Below, piece by piece: positions 23,040 through 33,475 of a stretch of 64,000 nt of DNA. The stretch's first letter is position 1. Each line of letters opens with the position of its first letter. A program made the position numbers and the translations under genes. Source of the stretch: Candidatus Bathyarchaeota archaeon (GTDB lineage: Archaea; Thermoproteota; Bathyarchaeia; Bathyarchaeales; Bathycorpusculaceae); assembly GCA_963780185.1 (NCBI GenBank), contig CAWABA010000004.1, forward strand, positions 1-64,000, given 5' to 3'. The notes beneath the pieces were generated by a model, which saw nothing but the letters and a program-made list of their open reading frames with translations, was not told where the DNA came from and did no database searches.

Positions 23040-23363
23040 TATTTTAGTTCCCCACTGTCGCGGATTTACTTGTGAGTTTATGATCTATTCTCGGAAATTT
23101 CTTTCGCAGCTAGATAGATCGCTACCCACGCCCCACAAAGTGTATTAAATCGTAAGTCGTGATAAAAAGCATTATGTCGTTAAGATTCAATTCTTCACTA
23201 AATATTTTTGTTGCTGATTTTCCGTCCAAAATCAGCAGTACATTCACTTTTGGGCAATCCAAGGTTTTCAGTGGATATCTTACAGACATCTTTTTTTTAT
23301 TAAAGGAGGAATAGAAGTTGCGCCGCCTTTTTCCATGGAGCATAATTGCTTCAAAAATATTTT

Positions 23364-24458
23364 TTACTGACAAACGGGTACTAGAAAGTACCCACTCCAG
23401 GTAGCGCCATTTCTTGCTAGTCTGTAAAACCTTTTAAGAACCTCAAGAGATTTCAACGTAATCCATTTGCTCTGTTCATCTTCTTGTTCTATTCTCGTTG
23501 AAAAGCTGTCGTTAAACGTGTTTTCAAGTTTCCATCTGCCGTGGTCATCCTGTTTAGAGACTACCAGGTCGACGGCTTCTTGCATTCGCTTGTCTTTGTA
23601 GCCGAGTTTGGTCAGAATGTCTAGGACTTCAAGGGCGTCTGTCTGGTACATCATGGGAAAGCCAAAGTGCAGCCAACCAGGTTTTGATACGCGACTTAGG
23701 TCATGGCTCCTCTTGTGAATATGATGCTTGAGCATGTGTTCGGTTCCTTTTTCGATTGTGGCAACAACTTCCGCGGATCTTTCGCTTGCAGGAATTTCCG
23801 CCAAAGCCTTCAGCACTTTTACGGCGCCCATGTGGCAGGTGTGTCTTCCCCAGCACATCTCGAACCGATCGTAGGGCCAGCCTCTTGCTGGATCTTCTAC
23901 GCCGTCGTCAAACCTCTGGTATGTGGTGATCCAGTTGATTCCGCGTTGGACCCGTGGATCCTCAAGGCAGCCGAGTCTAATTAGACTCCAAACCATGTTG
24001 CCAGTCAAGCAAGGTATCACTTCGCTGTGCCGCCCGCCGCCAGTTTTCCCGCTTTCATGCATAGAGAAACCGCCGCTTTCACGATCCTGAGAATTCTCCA
24101 AAATGAACTCGCAAGCCTTCTTCACCCGTTCGTCCTTTCCGTCTGAACCCAACTCCGCCAAGATAACGAGTTGCCACACTGTTCCCCTGTACTTGGCTGT
24201 GTAGAAGCTCTCTGGAGTTTCCCAGAAACCTTCATTGTTCTGGTGGCTAAAGATGCTGGGAACTGCCCCCGCTTTCATGATGTCGTCTTTTGCTTCTCTG
24301 ACTTCAGGGTCATTTTCAGGTCTGCCTAGAATTTCAGTCAGCGTAAAATACCGTACTGACGGATTTTCTTTTTCCAGAAGCCAAGAAGCAGGATCGGCTT
24401 TCAACACAGATTTTAAATCAACCATGTTTTCGCCCAAAATCAAAGAGGGGGACGGCAC
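23364..24458 (-). CDS. Prenyltransferase/squalene-cyclase-like alpha-alpha toroid protein
   Basis: WLLEKENPSVRY, QNNEGFW, QRFDDG and KQDDHGRW (QW-like repeats). Confidence 0.72.
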   Translation of the reverse strand: MPSPSLILGENMVDLKSVLKADPASWLLEKENPSVRYFTLTEILGRPENDPEVREAKDDIMKAGAVPSIFSHQNNEGFWETPESFYTAKYRGTVWQLVILAELGSDGKDERVKKACEFILENSQDRESGGFSMHESGKTGGGRHSEVIPCLTGNMVWSLIRLGCLEDPRVQRGINWITTYQRFDDGVEDPARGWPYDRFEMCWGRHTCHMGAVKVLKALAEIPASERSAEVVATIEKGTEHMLKHHIHKRSHDLSRVSKPGWLHFGFPMMYQTDALEVLDILTKLGYKDKRMQEAVDLVVSKQDDHGRWKLENTFNDSFSTRIEQEDEQSKWITLKSLEVLKRFYRLARNGATWSGYFLVPVCQ

Positions 24459-24762
24459 TATAAAAAAGCGTTTGCGAGAACCCAGCTAAAGTGTTTCCGC
24501 CAAAAAAAGAAAAAAGAGGGTTTTCTTTATAGTTTGGCTTGGTTTAAGCTTTTGAGTTTTGGCTTCCGCAAGAGGACTGCGCCAGCTACGACAGCCACTC
24601 TAGCCAGCAACAGATTAGCAGCAAAAGTCGCTGTCTGGGGCTAGCTTTTGCCATCCACTTAAATCTTGATTCTTTGTTATTGCAAAAGCATAAAAAGAGA
24701 ACTGCTAAATTGAATCTCTCTATTCAGGGGGCATTAACGCGAAAGGAAAAGCGGATATTGCA

Positions 24763-25515
24763 ATGGGCGGTGACCCTGTTTCCGAAATGGGTTGTCGGAT
24801 AGCGTTGATAATGCCCGTTTACAACGAGGCAGACACAATCAAAAGCACCGTCAGAGAATTCTACCAGAAAGTAGTTAGCAAAATGGACAATGTCGATATC
24901 TGGGCTTTCGAGGACGGCAGTAAAGACGAAACTAAGAAGACGCTCAAAGAATTAGAAGATGAGTTCCCTCTTTTCCATGCAAAGACCACAGCGGAAAGGA
25001 AAGGTTATCCTCGAGCTATGAGAGAAGCGTTTCTTAACATCAACACAAGCGACTACGATTACGTGGTGGCGGTGGATTCTGACGGGCAGTATGAACCAGA
25101 CGATTTCTTCAAGTTATGGAGCATTATGCAAAGTGACGCGCCAGACATAGTTATGGGAAGACGAATGATTCGACGTGAACCTGCTTACCGCCGTATGCTT
25201 TCCCGCGGGCTGCAGGTTTTGGAGAAAGTTATGTTTTCCGTGCAATGCAAGGATGTGACAAGTGTAATGCGGCTCATGAAAGTTGACACCGCACACGAAA
25301 TAGCCAAGGAAATACGGTACAGCCCATACAACTTTTGGCTTGAATTCACAGCGCGGATGTCTCTGACCAGCTACAGAATCGTTGAAGTCCCCATTTCCTA
25401 CCGTGAACGCGAAGGCGGCAGCCGAGTGTACAGTGTAAAGAAGATGCCTTCGGTTGTCATGTCGGAGTTCCGCGCGTTAAGAGCTGTAAGACAAGAGCAT
25501 TCAAAAGCCAAATGA
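24763..25515 (+). CDS. GT2 glycosyltransferase (dolichol-phosphate mannose synthase-like)
   Basis: MPVYNE, EDGSKD, GYPRA, DSDGQY and EVPISYRER. Confidence 0.88.
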   Translation: MGGDPVSEMGCRIALIMPVYNEADTIKSTVREFYQKVVSKMDNVDIWAFEDGSKDETKKTLKELEDEFPLFHAKTTAERKGYPRAMREAFLNINTSDYDYVVAVDSDGQYEPDDFFKLWSIMQSDAPDIVMGRRMIRREPAYRRMLSRGLQVLEKVMFSVQCKDVTSVMRLMKVDTAHEIAKEIRYSPYNFWLEFTARMSLTSYRIVEVPISYREREGGSRVYSVKKMPSVVMSEFRALRAVRQEHSKAK

Positions 25516-25578
25516 GAAAGGACACCTCAGCTCGATTCGTAGCATTTTTTCGTCTAAAAATCCAGACAGGAAGCACGT

Positions 25579-26760
25579 CTATGTTGGTAGATTGGGTTGG
25601 GTTTGACTGTTTTTTGCCCCTCCAAACCGTGAGCTTATTTTTTTGAAGCTCTCTCTTGTCCGCTCCACCAGCATGAAACGCTCGATGCAGACGATTATCA
25701 TGATGAACACGAAAACCCACGTGAATCCGAATAATTCTCCGTACGTGTTGTGGAAAAGCATCCCTGCAGCGTACCCGCTGTGCATAATAACGAGAACGAT
25801 GAAGCAGATTCTGAAGACGGCGGAGCAGAAAGTGCCGAAAAGACCGATGATGAAGTAGATAGATTTTCTGGTGCCTGAAATGTTCGTTCTCTTAAATAAA
25901 ACTAGAATTATCAGCAGGTAAAGAATCAAACTGTAGACTCCTGCGCAAGCCCACGAGACTGAGACGCTTGCGATTCTGCCTGCAGCACTAACTGTCAAAC
26001 TAGGAACCGAGGAGCCACCTACTTGTACGGGATAATTTAACTGGACTCCATAGCCTAAGAAGTCAAAGAGGGCGGCGCTTGTGGCCGTTATGGGAAGAGC
26101 TATTTCTTGAAGGGGTCGGAAAAGGCCGAATTGATAAATTGTGTCAAGCATGTATGCAACGCTGATTGCTCCTAGGAGAGAAAAGGAAATTGAGAATATC
26201 CTTAATCCTTTTGCTTTATAAGCTAAGAGGACAGCGCTCAGAAAGAAGACAAAAAACACGATGTATTCCACTGACAGCGGCCATTGAAGGTTTAGGAAGT
26301 CTGAAGGTTGACCGGAGGCGGTCACGCTGGGAATTCCGATGTTATGTCCCATTTTCAACAATGCCAAATCTAAACCGAAAAAATTGGTAGCTAAGACATA
26401 AAATGTTGGAATTATTGCACATATGAGGGACGCGGTGATTAATTTGCGGTTTACGGGTTTCTTTTTAACGATGTCTTGCCAGCCAATCGCTGATTCAATA
26501 ATTAAGAACCATGCGAAGAACAGGTAGAACATTCTGCCTTTCCACGTTACGTCGAAACTGAAGTTCTGGATTAGAAAAGTGTTTTTCCAAGGTACAAAGC
26601 TGTTGGTTGAAGGATTAAAGCGGTAATTGAAGCCTTGAAGGTGGTAGTAGTCGAGAAATATCAGCAGCACAATGGGCACGGCGATGCTTATCATCAACGC
26701 TATGTGGAACCAGTATTTTTTTAAATCGACCGAACCCATCCCCCGCTTTTGATAAACCAT
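25579..26760 (-). CDS. Archaeosortase/exosortase-family transpeptidase
   Basis: Multi-TM protein with the Cys-Arg-His triad context VSWACAGVYS / AVFRI / LFHNTYGE. Confidence 0.8.
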   Translation of the reverse strand: MVYQKRGMGSVDLKKYWFHIALMISIAVPIVLLIFLDYYHLQGFNYRFNPSTNSFVPWKNTFLIQNFSFDVTWKGRMFYLFFAWFLIIESAIGWQDIVKKKPVNRKLITASLICAIIPTFYVLATNFFGLDLALLKMGHNIGIPSVTASGQPSDFLNLQWPLSVEYIVFFVFFLSAVLLAYKAKGLRIFSISFSLLGAISVAYMLDTIYQFGLFRPLQEIALPITATSAALFDFLGYGVQLNYPVQVGGSSVPSLTVSAAGRIASVSVSWACAGVYSLILYLLIILVLFKRTNISGTRKSIYFIIGLFGTFCSAVFRICFIVLVIMHSGYAAGMLFHNTYGELFGFTWVFVFIMIIVCIERFMLVERTRESFKKISSRFGGAKNSQTQPNLPT

Positions 26761-26852
26761 TTTGATACTCTCAACTACCTTTTAGATTTTTGCCTAAGAA
26801 CACCCATCAAACGTCAACTTTGCCTTTTTGACAGGAGAATGGATATTCAAAG

Positions 26853-29800
26853 GTGTCAGAACCCAGATTTTGCAATTGCTTTAATACATCCTACTGCAAT
26901 ATGGGGAAACACGTTTGCGCCAGATTCAAGTCAACGGTAAACTGCATTTGGGGAGGGAGAGGCAAAGTGGAAAACGAAGGACCAGAAAACCGCCAAAGAG
27001 AAACCAAGGAAGACCTGCTAGTTCCCTTGTTGATATTGACTTTTATAGCGTGCGCTTGGCTTGTTTACACTTACGAAAACCAAAATTGGCTGATTGCGTT
27101 CCAGCAAGTCGAGTCATGGATAGCTCACCCAACAATCATTTACACTTCAACTCAAATTGTAGGAATCCCATTGGCTTTTTTAGCCACCATCGAAGTTCTG
27201 ATTCTGGGAGCCGCATGCTCTTATCTGCTGTTAAACAACGAAAAAGACGTGGGCATAAGAGTTCTTAGCGTGCTCGGTTTAGGATTTGGCCTAACAGGAT
27301 TAATTACCATAATTTTCGGAGTCTTAGGAAACCTTTACCAGCTTCCCCTTAACATAACAATTTTGCTTCTCATCGGCATTCTTCTCTCAGCGATAGTCTA
27401 TAAGAAAAAGCGAAACCAAAACCTAACGATAAAAGAATCCTTGACTCCTCACATTTCCTTTCCTAATCTTAAGGCACCGCCAAACATCAAGTTCTGGTTA
27501 CCTGCTTGCGTCGCAATCGGCATAACTTTTTTCTTCTGTTTTTACCACGCGCTTCTAACGGTGATAGTGCATTGGGACGCCGTTGTATACCATGCCGCAA
27601 TGGCTAACATTATGTACAATTACCATGCAATTCCAGTCATTGCGGGTCCTTCAATCGGGATTGAGATGAGCGCCAATTTTCCGCCTCTTTTTTCCGCCGT
27701 CGGCGCATTCTATTATATTCAGATAGGCACGGTTGAGGATTTCTTTTTAAGGATAATTCCCCCCGTGATGGGGCTTCTAACGGTTTTGGCAACTTATAAA
27801 ATCGGGGAGATTCTCGTCGGAAAAAAACTTGGATTGATATCCGCTTTGTTTCTTGCAATTACTCCTTTGTTCTTCCGATATTCAATATATGCTACAAGCT
27901 ACTCTACATTGACCTTCTTCTGCACCGCTTCGATTCTGTTTTTGCTGCTGGCTATGAACAGAGGGGACACCAAATACTGGATTAGCTGCGGACTCTTCTA
28001 CGGGTTCGCGCTGCTAACGTCATACTTGGGTCTGTATCTTGCACCGTTTTTTATTCTGGCACTAATTTTGTTTTTGTATCAACGGAAAAATACTTTCAGA
28101 ATAAACATAAAAAAAGTTTCTCTACTGATTGTAGCAGTTTTGGTAATCGGCGGCGTTTGGTACCTACGAAACTACAATGAGGTTGGAAACCCGATTTACC
28201 CCAATGCCTACACCATTTTAGGCGGACTCCACATTGACCCTATAATAGAGCAAGCTACTTTTAACAGCATAAAAACGTCTGCGACTATAAGCTTCTTCGG
28301 CGCCGCCAACCCTTCGCTCTTCGACAAAATCATGATTTTCCTCACCTACAGAACGCATTTTCCGTCAGTTTCCTTCTTAACTGTCTTGGGACTTGTGTTG
28401 ATTCCGACTTTAAAAAACAAGAAGTTCTGGCTGATAACCGTGTGGCCTCTATCTTTGAGTTTTCTTGTTCTCAGCGGCATTTCATGGGGTTTCCCCCGTC
28501 ACATGGTTTTTGCAATGCCAGGATTTGCCCTTATAAGCGCTCTGCCTCTCGTGAAGTTATTGGATATATGTAAAAAATACGACTCAAGCAACTCCAAAAA
28601 TGCGCTTCTGAAAATAAGAAATCCCTTGCCGGCCATTCGCAAAAGCAACCTAATCAGGCTGGGCCTCGTAATAATTCTCCTCGGGGCTTTTCTTTTTCCT
28701 AGCTTAACATTAAGCATGGGGGGCAAAGTTATGGCAGACAACCTTGCTGACCAGGTTCCAAACGACTATCTATGGTTTTTGGAACACCCCAACGCTGATA
28801 CATGGACTGTCCTCGACAGGCTATATCCTGAAGCGGTCGCTTGGCAATTCATGAACGAAAACTTGGGTATCAATCAAAAAGCCGCTACTGTTGAGAACAG
28901 AATATACGACGTTAAAAACTGCAATAACAGTTACTTCTTCTACCTTGACGGTTGGGAAGCACGACCACTTTACAACATTACCGACCCCAAACTTATGATT
29001 CAGTTCCTCCGCAGCCAAAACGTGAAATACGTAATTGATGTCCTTTGGCCCCGTGAAGACGACGACATTTTCAATCTGTTACCGCTAACCCAGTACCTTG
29101 GGTCAGCGTATTTTCCACCGATAATAGATACGGGAGGCAACCCCAACATCTACAATGTGGGTCCCTTTGAATCTCCAGTAACCGACAATTCGCCTACAAC
29201 CGTTTCCTTGAATCTAGCTGGCTGGGGCGCCGTGCAATCCGTGGGCGGAGTGAAAACGCAGTCGGTTATAGCTGGAAACGACTCCGCTCGGCTCTACGTC
29301 GCCACTCCAGGCTTGACCACCGTAGCCATAACTTACCTTGACGTGGGCACTGACCCAGTTAGCATAAACATGCGTGACCCTTACTCGTTAGACTGGGTCA
29401 CTGGCTACGCAGATATCCAAAAAACAAACACAGGCACGTGGAAAACCTACGATTTTCTTGCGCCGTACAGTGATAAGGGATCCGTTGAACTGGCTTTACA
29501 CGCTTACGATGAAAACTTCACTGTAAGCAACATAAACGCTTCACCGTTCCAGTCGCCTGGTCGTGTCACATTGAACGCGTTCAACAGCACCCAAACCTTC
29601 GACATAACAAACAAGACTACTCCCCCAACCCTGATGGTGTACCTGCCCATTTTGGACGCGAATGAAAACCTCATCATTAACTCAACCACGTATGGAAAAG
29701 CCATGTGCATTGAACTCTACGACGGCGTAATTCAACCTGGCGAAAACACAGGCTGGTGGCTGAACCATGATTTTGTTACAAGGTCGCCTGACACAACTGC

Positions 29801-29954
29801 ATATGGTGTGCAGAATCCCTCGCTGTTCTGGGAAACCAAGAATTCAGGCTTATACACAATGGTCATAGTGTTAAGGGAACCCTATAACAATCAGAACACG
29901 AAAATGGATATTATAGTTATGAAGGAGGACAATTTGACACGGCTCAACGGATAA
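26853..29954 (+). CDS. GT-C fold (ArnT/PMT-like) membrane glycosyltransferase with large extracellular C-terminal domain; real start probably ~26967
   Basis: Many TM helices, HWDAVVYH loop, PPLF, WYLRN...GNPIYP, FPRH. Confidence 0.78.
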   Translation: MSEPRFCNCFNTSYCNMGKHVCARFKSTVNCIWGGRGKVENEGPENRQRETKEDLLVPLLILTFIACAWLVYTYENQNWLIAFQQVESWIAHPTIIYTSTQIVGIPLAFLATIEVLILGAACSYLLLNNEKDVGIRVLSVLGLGFGLTGLITIIFGVLGNLYQLPLNITILLLIGILLSAIVYKKKRNQNLTIKESLTPHISFPNLKAPPNIKFWLPACVAIGITFFFCFYHALLTVIVHWDAVVYHAAMANIMYNYHAIPVIAGPSIGIEMSANFPPLFSAVGAFYYIQIGTVEDFFLRIIPPVMGLLTVLATYKIGEILVGKKLGLISALFLAITPLFFRYSIYATSYSTLTFFCTASILFLLLAMNRGDTKYWISCGLFYGFALLTSYLGLYLAPFFILALILFLYQRKNTFRINIKKVSLLIVAVLVIGGVWYLRNYNEVGNPIYPNAYTILGGLHIDPIIEQATFNSIKTSATISFFGAANPSLFDKIMIFLTYRTHFPSVSFLTVLGLVLIPTLKNKKFWLITVWPLSLSFLVLSGISWGFPRHMVFAMPGFALISALPLVKLLDICKKYDSSNSKNALLKIRNPLPAIRKSNLIRLGLVIILLGAFLFPSLTLSMGGKVMADNLADQVPNDYLWFLEHPNADTWTVLDRLYPEAVAWQFMNENLGINQKAATVENRIYDVKNCNNSYFFYLDGWEARPLYNITDPKLMIQFLRSQNVKYVIDVLWPREDDDIFNLLPLTQYLGSAYFPPIIDTGGNPNIYNVGPFESPVTDNSPTTVSLNLAGWGAVQSVGGVKTQSVIAGNDSARLYVATPGLTTVAITYLDVGTDPVSINMRDPYSLDWVTGYADIQKTNTGTWKTYDFLAPYSDKGSVELALHAYDENFTVSNINASPFQSPGRVTLNAFNSTQTFDITNKTTPPTLMVYLPILDANENLIINSTTYGKAMCIELYDGVIQPGENTGWWLNHDFVTRSPDTTAYGVQNPSLFWETKNSGLYTMVIVLREPYNNQNTKMDIIVMKEDNLTRLNG

Positions 29955-30051
29955 ACACGTCTTCCTGCGTTTTTTGTCGACACCTCCAGGCAACGATTTT
30001 TAATGATACACAGCCGTTCGCTTACGCCGAAAGTTTGGAGCGAAAGAAACA

Positions 30052-32391
30052 ATGAGCATGCGAAAGTACGCCGCGGCAAGCGTCGCCGCCGTTTCGTTGG
30101 TTGTTGCTTTTGCAGTTTTCCTTCTGGGGGCGCCCATGGAATCTGTTCCGTTAGACGGCGGATGGCTGGGTCTACTATTCATATTCGCGAACGGGTTCTT
30201 TCTCTCATACATTCTGAACCCACAAAAAACGGGTTCTCTGGAAAGGCTGCTTCTCACAGTCGGGTTAGGCTTCGGCTTAACCTTCACAGTTATGGTTCTA
30301 ATGGGGCTTTTCTGGGAGTTCTCCCTGTTCTCGGTGCTTCTAACCCAAATAATCCTATTAGCCATTTTAAGCGCAACCGCGTTTCTGCGAGGATTCCGCC
30401 CAAAAGCGCCCAATTTGCGTTTGCCCACCAAAAACAATTTTCCAACGACAAAACTCGGCTTCCTCCACGCCGTCTGCGTAGCGGTCATTGGAGTGCTTGT
30501 GGCTGTTTCGATTTATGAGGCGATTTCGCTTCCTGCCACGGAGTGGGATTCACTGGCTTACGGGGTAAACTACGCAAAAATAATGTTCCAGAAGGGTACT
30601 ATTCCGTTTATTGCGGGACCGTCGATTGGGATTGAGATGAGTGCAAGCTACCCGCCGGGTGTCCAGCTTGTCGCGGTCTTCTTGTATGTGTTCGCGGGAA
30701 ACGTCAATGACTTCTACTATCGGCTGCTTCCGCCGATCTTCGGCTTAGCAACCTTTGCCGTCACATACAAGTTTGCGATGCTGCTCAGCAAGAACAGAAC
30801 GATTTCGCTTTACGCAGTTATTGCTTTGAGCGCTGTCCCCGTTTTCTGGGACCTCTTCGTCATAGAAAGCTATCTTATGGCGTTAACCTTGATGTTTACC
30901 TTGTGTGGCTTCTTCTTCTACAAAGCCTATGTGTCAAATCCCCCTGACACCAAAAAATACGAAATCCTTGGCGTCTTGTTCTGCGCTTTTGCTTCGCTTA
31001 TCAGTTACATTGGACTGTTTTCATTCGGCGTTCTGCTGCTTTACGCCCTGCACAAAAAGAAAAACTTGAAGCAACTTGCTCTGTCGGCAACGTTAGGAAT
31101 CATCGTTGTTTTGCCTTGGTACTTACGCAATCTTGTGCTGCTTGGCAACCCGCTTTACCCCTTCTTCGGCGTCGGCAAATACCTGTATCCGCTGCTGGAG
31201 AAATCCACGTCGCTTAGTTTTCAACAGTACAATGTTCTTCCCGAGTTTTGGTGGCTAAGCACGATTTGCAAAGTAGGCGCCGCCGCCTCGATTGTCGCCC
31301 TCGTGTACTTCACGTTTTCTAAACGAAAAGATTTCTTCACGGTTCTGCCCATTTACTCTGTGTTCGCGGCTGCCGTAATAATGGGGACGCATATAGCTTT
31401 CTTAAGATACGCAATAATCGCTTTCCCCGTTTTGGCTGTGGTTCTTTCTTACGCCATCCATTTGGCTCCGAAGAAACGCAGGTTTTCACTGTACGTTTCC
31501 GTCGCTCTGCTTGGGTTCCTTGTTCTTTCAAGCGCGTTTATGTTGCCTTACATAAGCTCTGCTAAGCTTGAGCCTAAACCAAACGAAACCGAATCGCAGT
31601 ATCTGGCACGTGCGTTCGGCGAAGGTGACGCTTGGCAATGGATTAACCAAAACACTCCGCGGAACGCTACTGTCGCCACTTTCGACATCAAAGAATACTA
31701 CCTTGACCGCAACGTTTTTGCCCTTGACGGAAACGAGTCTGTGCCGCTCTATCAAATGAGCACCTATCAAGAATGCTTAAGTTTCTTCCAAGAAAAAGGC
31801 GTATCATACGTATTGAGCGTCCCATGGGCAAGCCCCGGAGATACTCGAATGCCGCTTGCCTACAAGTGGTGCCCCTTCATTCGGTACCTCGGTGACCCCA
31901 AATATTTCCCGCCACTGTTTGTAGGCGACGGCGGCGCAACCGTTTATCACGTTGGCCCCCTTGACCAGGAAGCAGTAGACCAATTCTTCGCCCAAAACAA
32001 CATGGTTACCCCAACCAAACAAGTCACGTTCAACTTAACAATAACCAACAGTTCAATTCCCGCATTAGGCAAATCATATCTGCCTATCCCTGATGATTAC
32101 AAAGAAGGCAATATGACGGCTTCCATCAACTGCTCCGACCCCCTTGAAATCCAACTGTGGTATGGGCAAGTTCCGCTCAGCAAGCTTGAAAACCGTACAG
32201 GAATATATCAGCTTGAAGCGCAATGGTCTACGCAACGCGGCAACTCTTCAGCTCCGCTGGGTTCCTCATTCACATGGCACGTCGACCTCGCGGGATACTT
32301 CACGCTCATAGCCATAGACAAACGAACAGGCTTAACGCAGCCGCTTAACGCAACAGTAAACATTGTTTTCCGAAACTACCTGGGAAACTAA
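30052..32391 (+). CDS. GT-C fold (ArnT/PMT-like) membrane glycosyltransferase, paralog of the upstream gene
   Basis: EWDSLAY, IAGPSIGIEMSASYPP, WYLRN...GNPLYP, LRY. Confidence 0.78.
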   Translation: MSMRKYAAASVAAVSLVVAFAVFLLGAPMESVPLDGGWLGLLFIFANGFFLSYILNPQKTGSLERLLLTVGLGFGLTFTVMVLMGLFWEFSLFSVLLTQIILLAILSATAFLRGFRPKAPNLRLPTKNNFPTTKLGFLHAVCVAVIGVLVAVSIYEAISLPATEWDSLAYGVNYAKIMFQKGTIPFIAGPSIGIEMSASYPPGVQLVAVFLYVFAGNVNDFYYRLLPPIFGLATFAVTYKFAMLLSKNRTISLYAVIALSAVPVFWDLFVIESYLMALTLMFTLCGFFFYKAYVSNPPDTKKYEILGVLFCAFASLISYIGLFSFGVLLLYALHKKKNLKQLALSATLGIIVVLPWYLRNLVLLGNPLYPFFGVGKYLYPLLEKSTSLSFQQYNVLPEFWWLSTICKVGAAASIVALVYFTFSKRKDFFTVLPIYSVFAAAVIMGTHIAFLRYAIIAFPVLAVVLSYAIHLAPKKRRFSLYVSVALLGFLVLSSAFMLPYISSAKLEPKPNETESQYLARAFGEGDAWQWINQNTPRNATVATFDIKEYYLDRNVFALDGNESVPLYQMSTYQECLSFFQEKGVSYVLSVPWASPGDTRMPLAYKWCPFIRYLGDPKYFPPLFVGDGGATVYHVGPLDQEAVDQFFAQNNMVTPTKQVTFNLTITNSSIPALGKSYLPIPDDYKEGNMTASINCSDPLEIQLWYGQVPLSKLENRTGIYQLEAQWSTQRGNSSAPLGSSFTWHVDLAGYFTLIAIDKRTGLTQPLNATVNIVFRNYLGN

Positions 32392-32541
32392 AAATCCCAT
32401 GGTCAAATCTAACTGACGAGGCAGCAATCACCTTCTTGCTTTTTAACCGTGACAGGGGTGTCAGTAGGCTTCATAGAAAAACTTTTAAACAAAACGTGTA
32501 GAGATAGACTGCCATCAATACAATAGGAGAGAAAAAATGCA

Positions 32542-33366
32542 TTGAAAATGGCAGTAATTGTAGGTTTTTGCATGCTGGCATTGTGTTTTTTGTCATGTTT
32601 GATTGTTGTAGTTCCTGCGCATGCTCAGGGATCCGGCGGCACACACATTGACTACGAGACGAGTAATGCTCCAACGATAGACGGACATTGGACTTCAGGT
32701 TCAGAGTGGACAGATGGCAAGAGAGAAAACGTTGGATCCAACGCTATATTCTATGACGAGTGGTCATATGTCTCAACCGTTAATGAAAACATCATCATCG
32801 AAACGATGGATAACACCAACGACCCAGGCGACTACTTCCAAATATGCTTCGACGGCACAAACAACCTCGGCAGCGCTCCACAAACAGACGACTTCATGAT
32901 AAACATCACCGGCCACACAACATGCACGTGGTACCAAGGAACGGGATCAACTTGGGCAGCCATCGCGACCCCTGGTTCGTCAGACTTTGCCTGGAGTCAA
33001 TCTTTGGGCACATCCCCCGTCTACACAGCTCAACACTATATGCTAGAACTCACGGTCAACAAACAAGGTTTTGCAGCCCTCGGTATGCAGTTCAACATGA
33101 GGATTGCAGTCTACGACGCACACACAGGCGGATACGGACTCCAAGCGTACCCTGCAGGCAGCACCGCCAATAACCCGTCCGGCTGGGAATACATAGACTA
33201 CTCATCGAGTGCAAACTCAAGCCAAGACCCACTACCAATTCCTGAGAGCATGAACATCGCCATCATAATGGTGCTATCCGTCGTTGCCGTAACAGCTGGC
33301 TCAGTGATTTTCAGCAAAAAGTCCAAAACAGCAAATCTTGCAAGCAAACAGAATCCCACGTTGTAA
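32542..33366 (+). CDS. Secreted DOMON/CBM9-like protein with a C-terminal IPE-TM-basic sorting signal
   Basis: Signal peptide; PTIDGHW...EW; C-terminus PIPESMNIAIIMVLSVVAVTAGSVIFSKKSK. Confidence 0.7.
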   Translation: MKMAVIVGFCMLALCFLSCLIVVVPAHAQGSGGTHIDYETSNAPTIDGHWTSGSEWTDGKRENVGSNAIFYDEWSYVSTVNENIIIETMDNTNDPGDYFQICFDGTNNLGSAPQTDDFMINITGHTTCTWYQGTGSTWAAIATPGSSDFAWSQSLGTSPVYTAQHYMLELTVNKQGFAALGMQFNMRIAVYDAHTGGYGLQAYPAGSTANNPSGWEYIDYSSSANSSQDPLPIPESMNIAIIMVLSVVAVTAGSVIFSKKSKTANLASKQNPTL

Positions 33367-33475
33367 GACTTTTGTTACCTTGTTCCCTTTTTCCTTCTTT
33401 TTTGTTTCAGCAAACCCAACGCGCCCATAGCAATCTTTAGATGTCTAAGTTTGAGGCGTGAGGGCTTTTTTCCGT

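Noticed and set aside
23364-24458. Nitrogenase NifH (a label sometimes attached to this family)
   Set aside because: No P-loop or NifH Cys motifs; QW-like repeats indicate an alpha-toroid fold.
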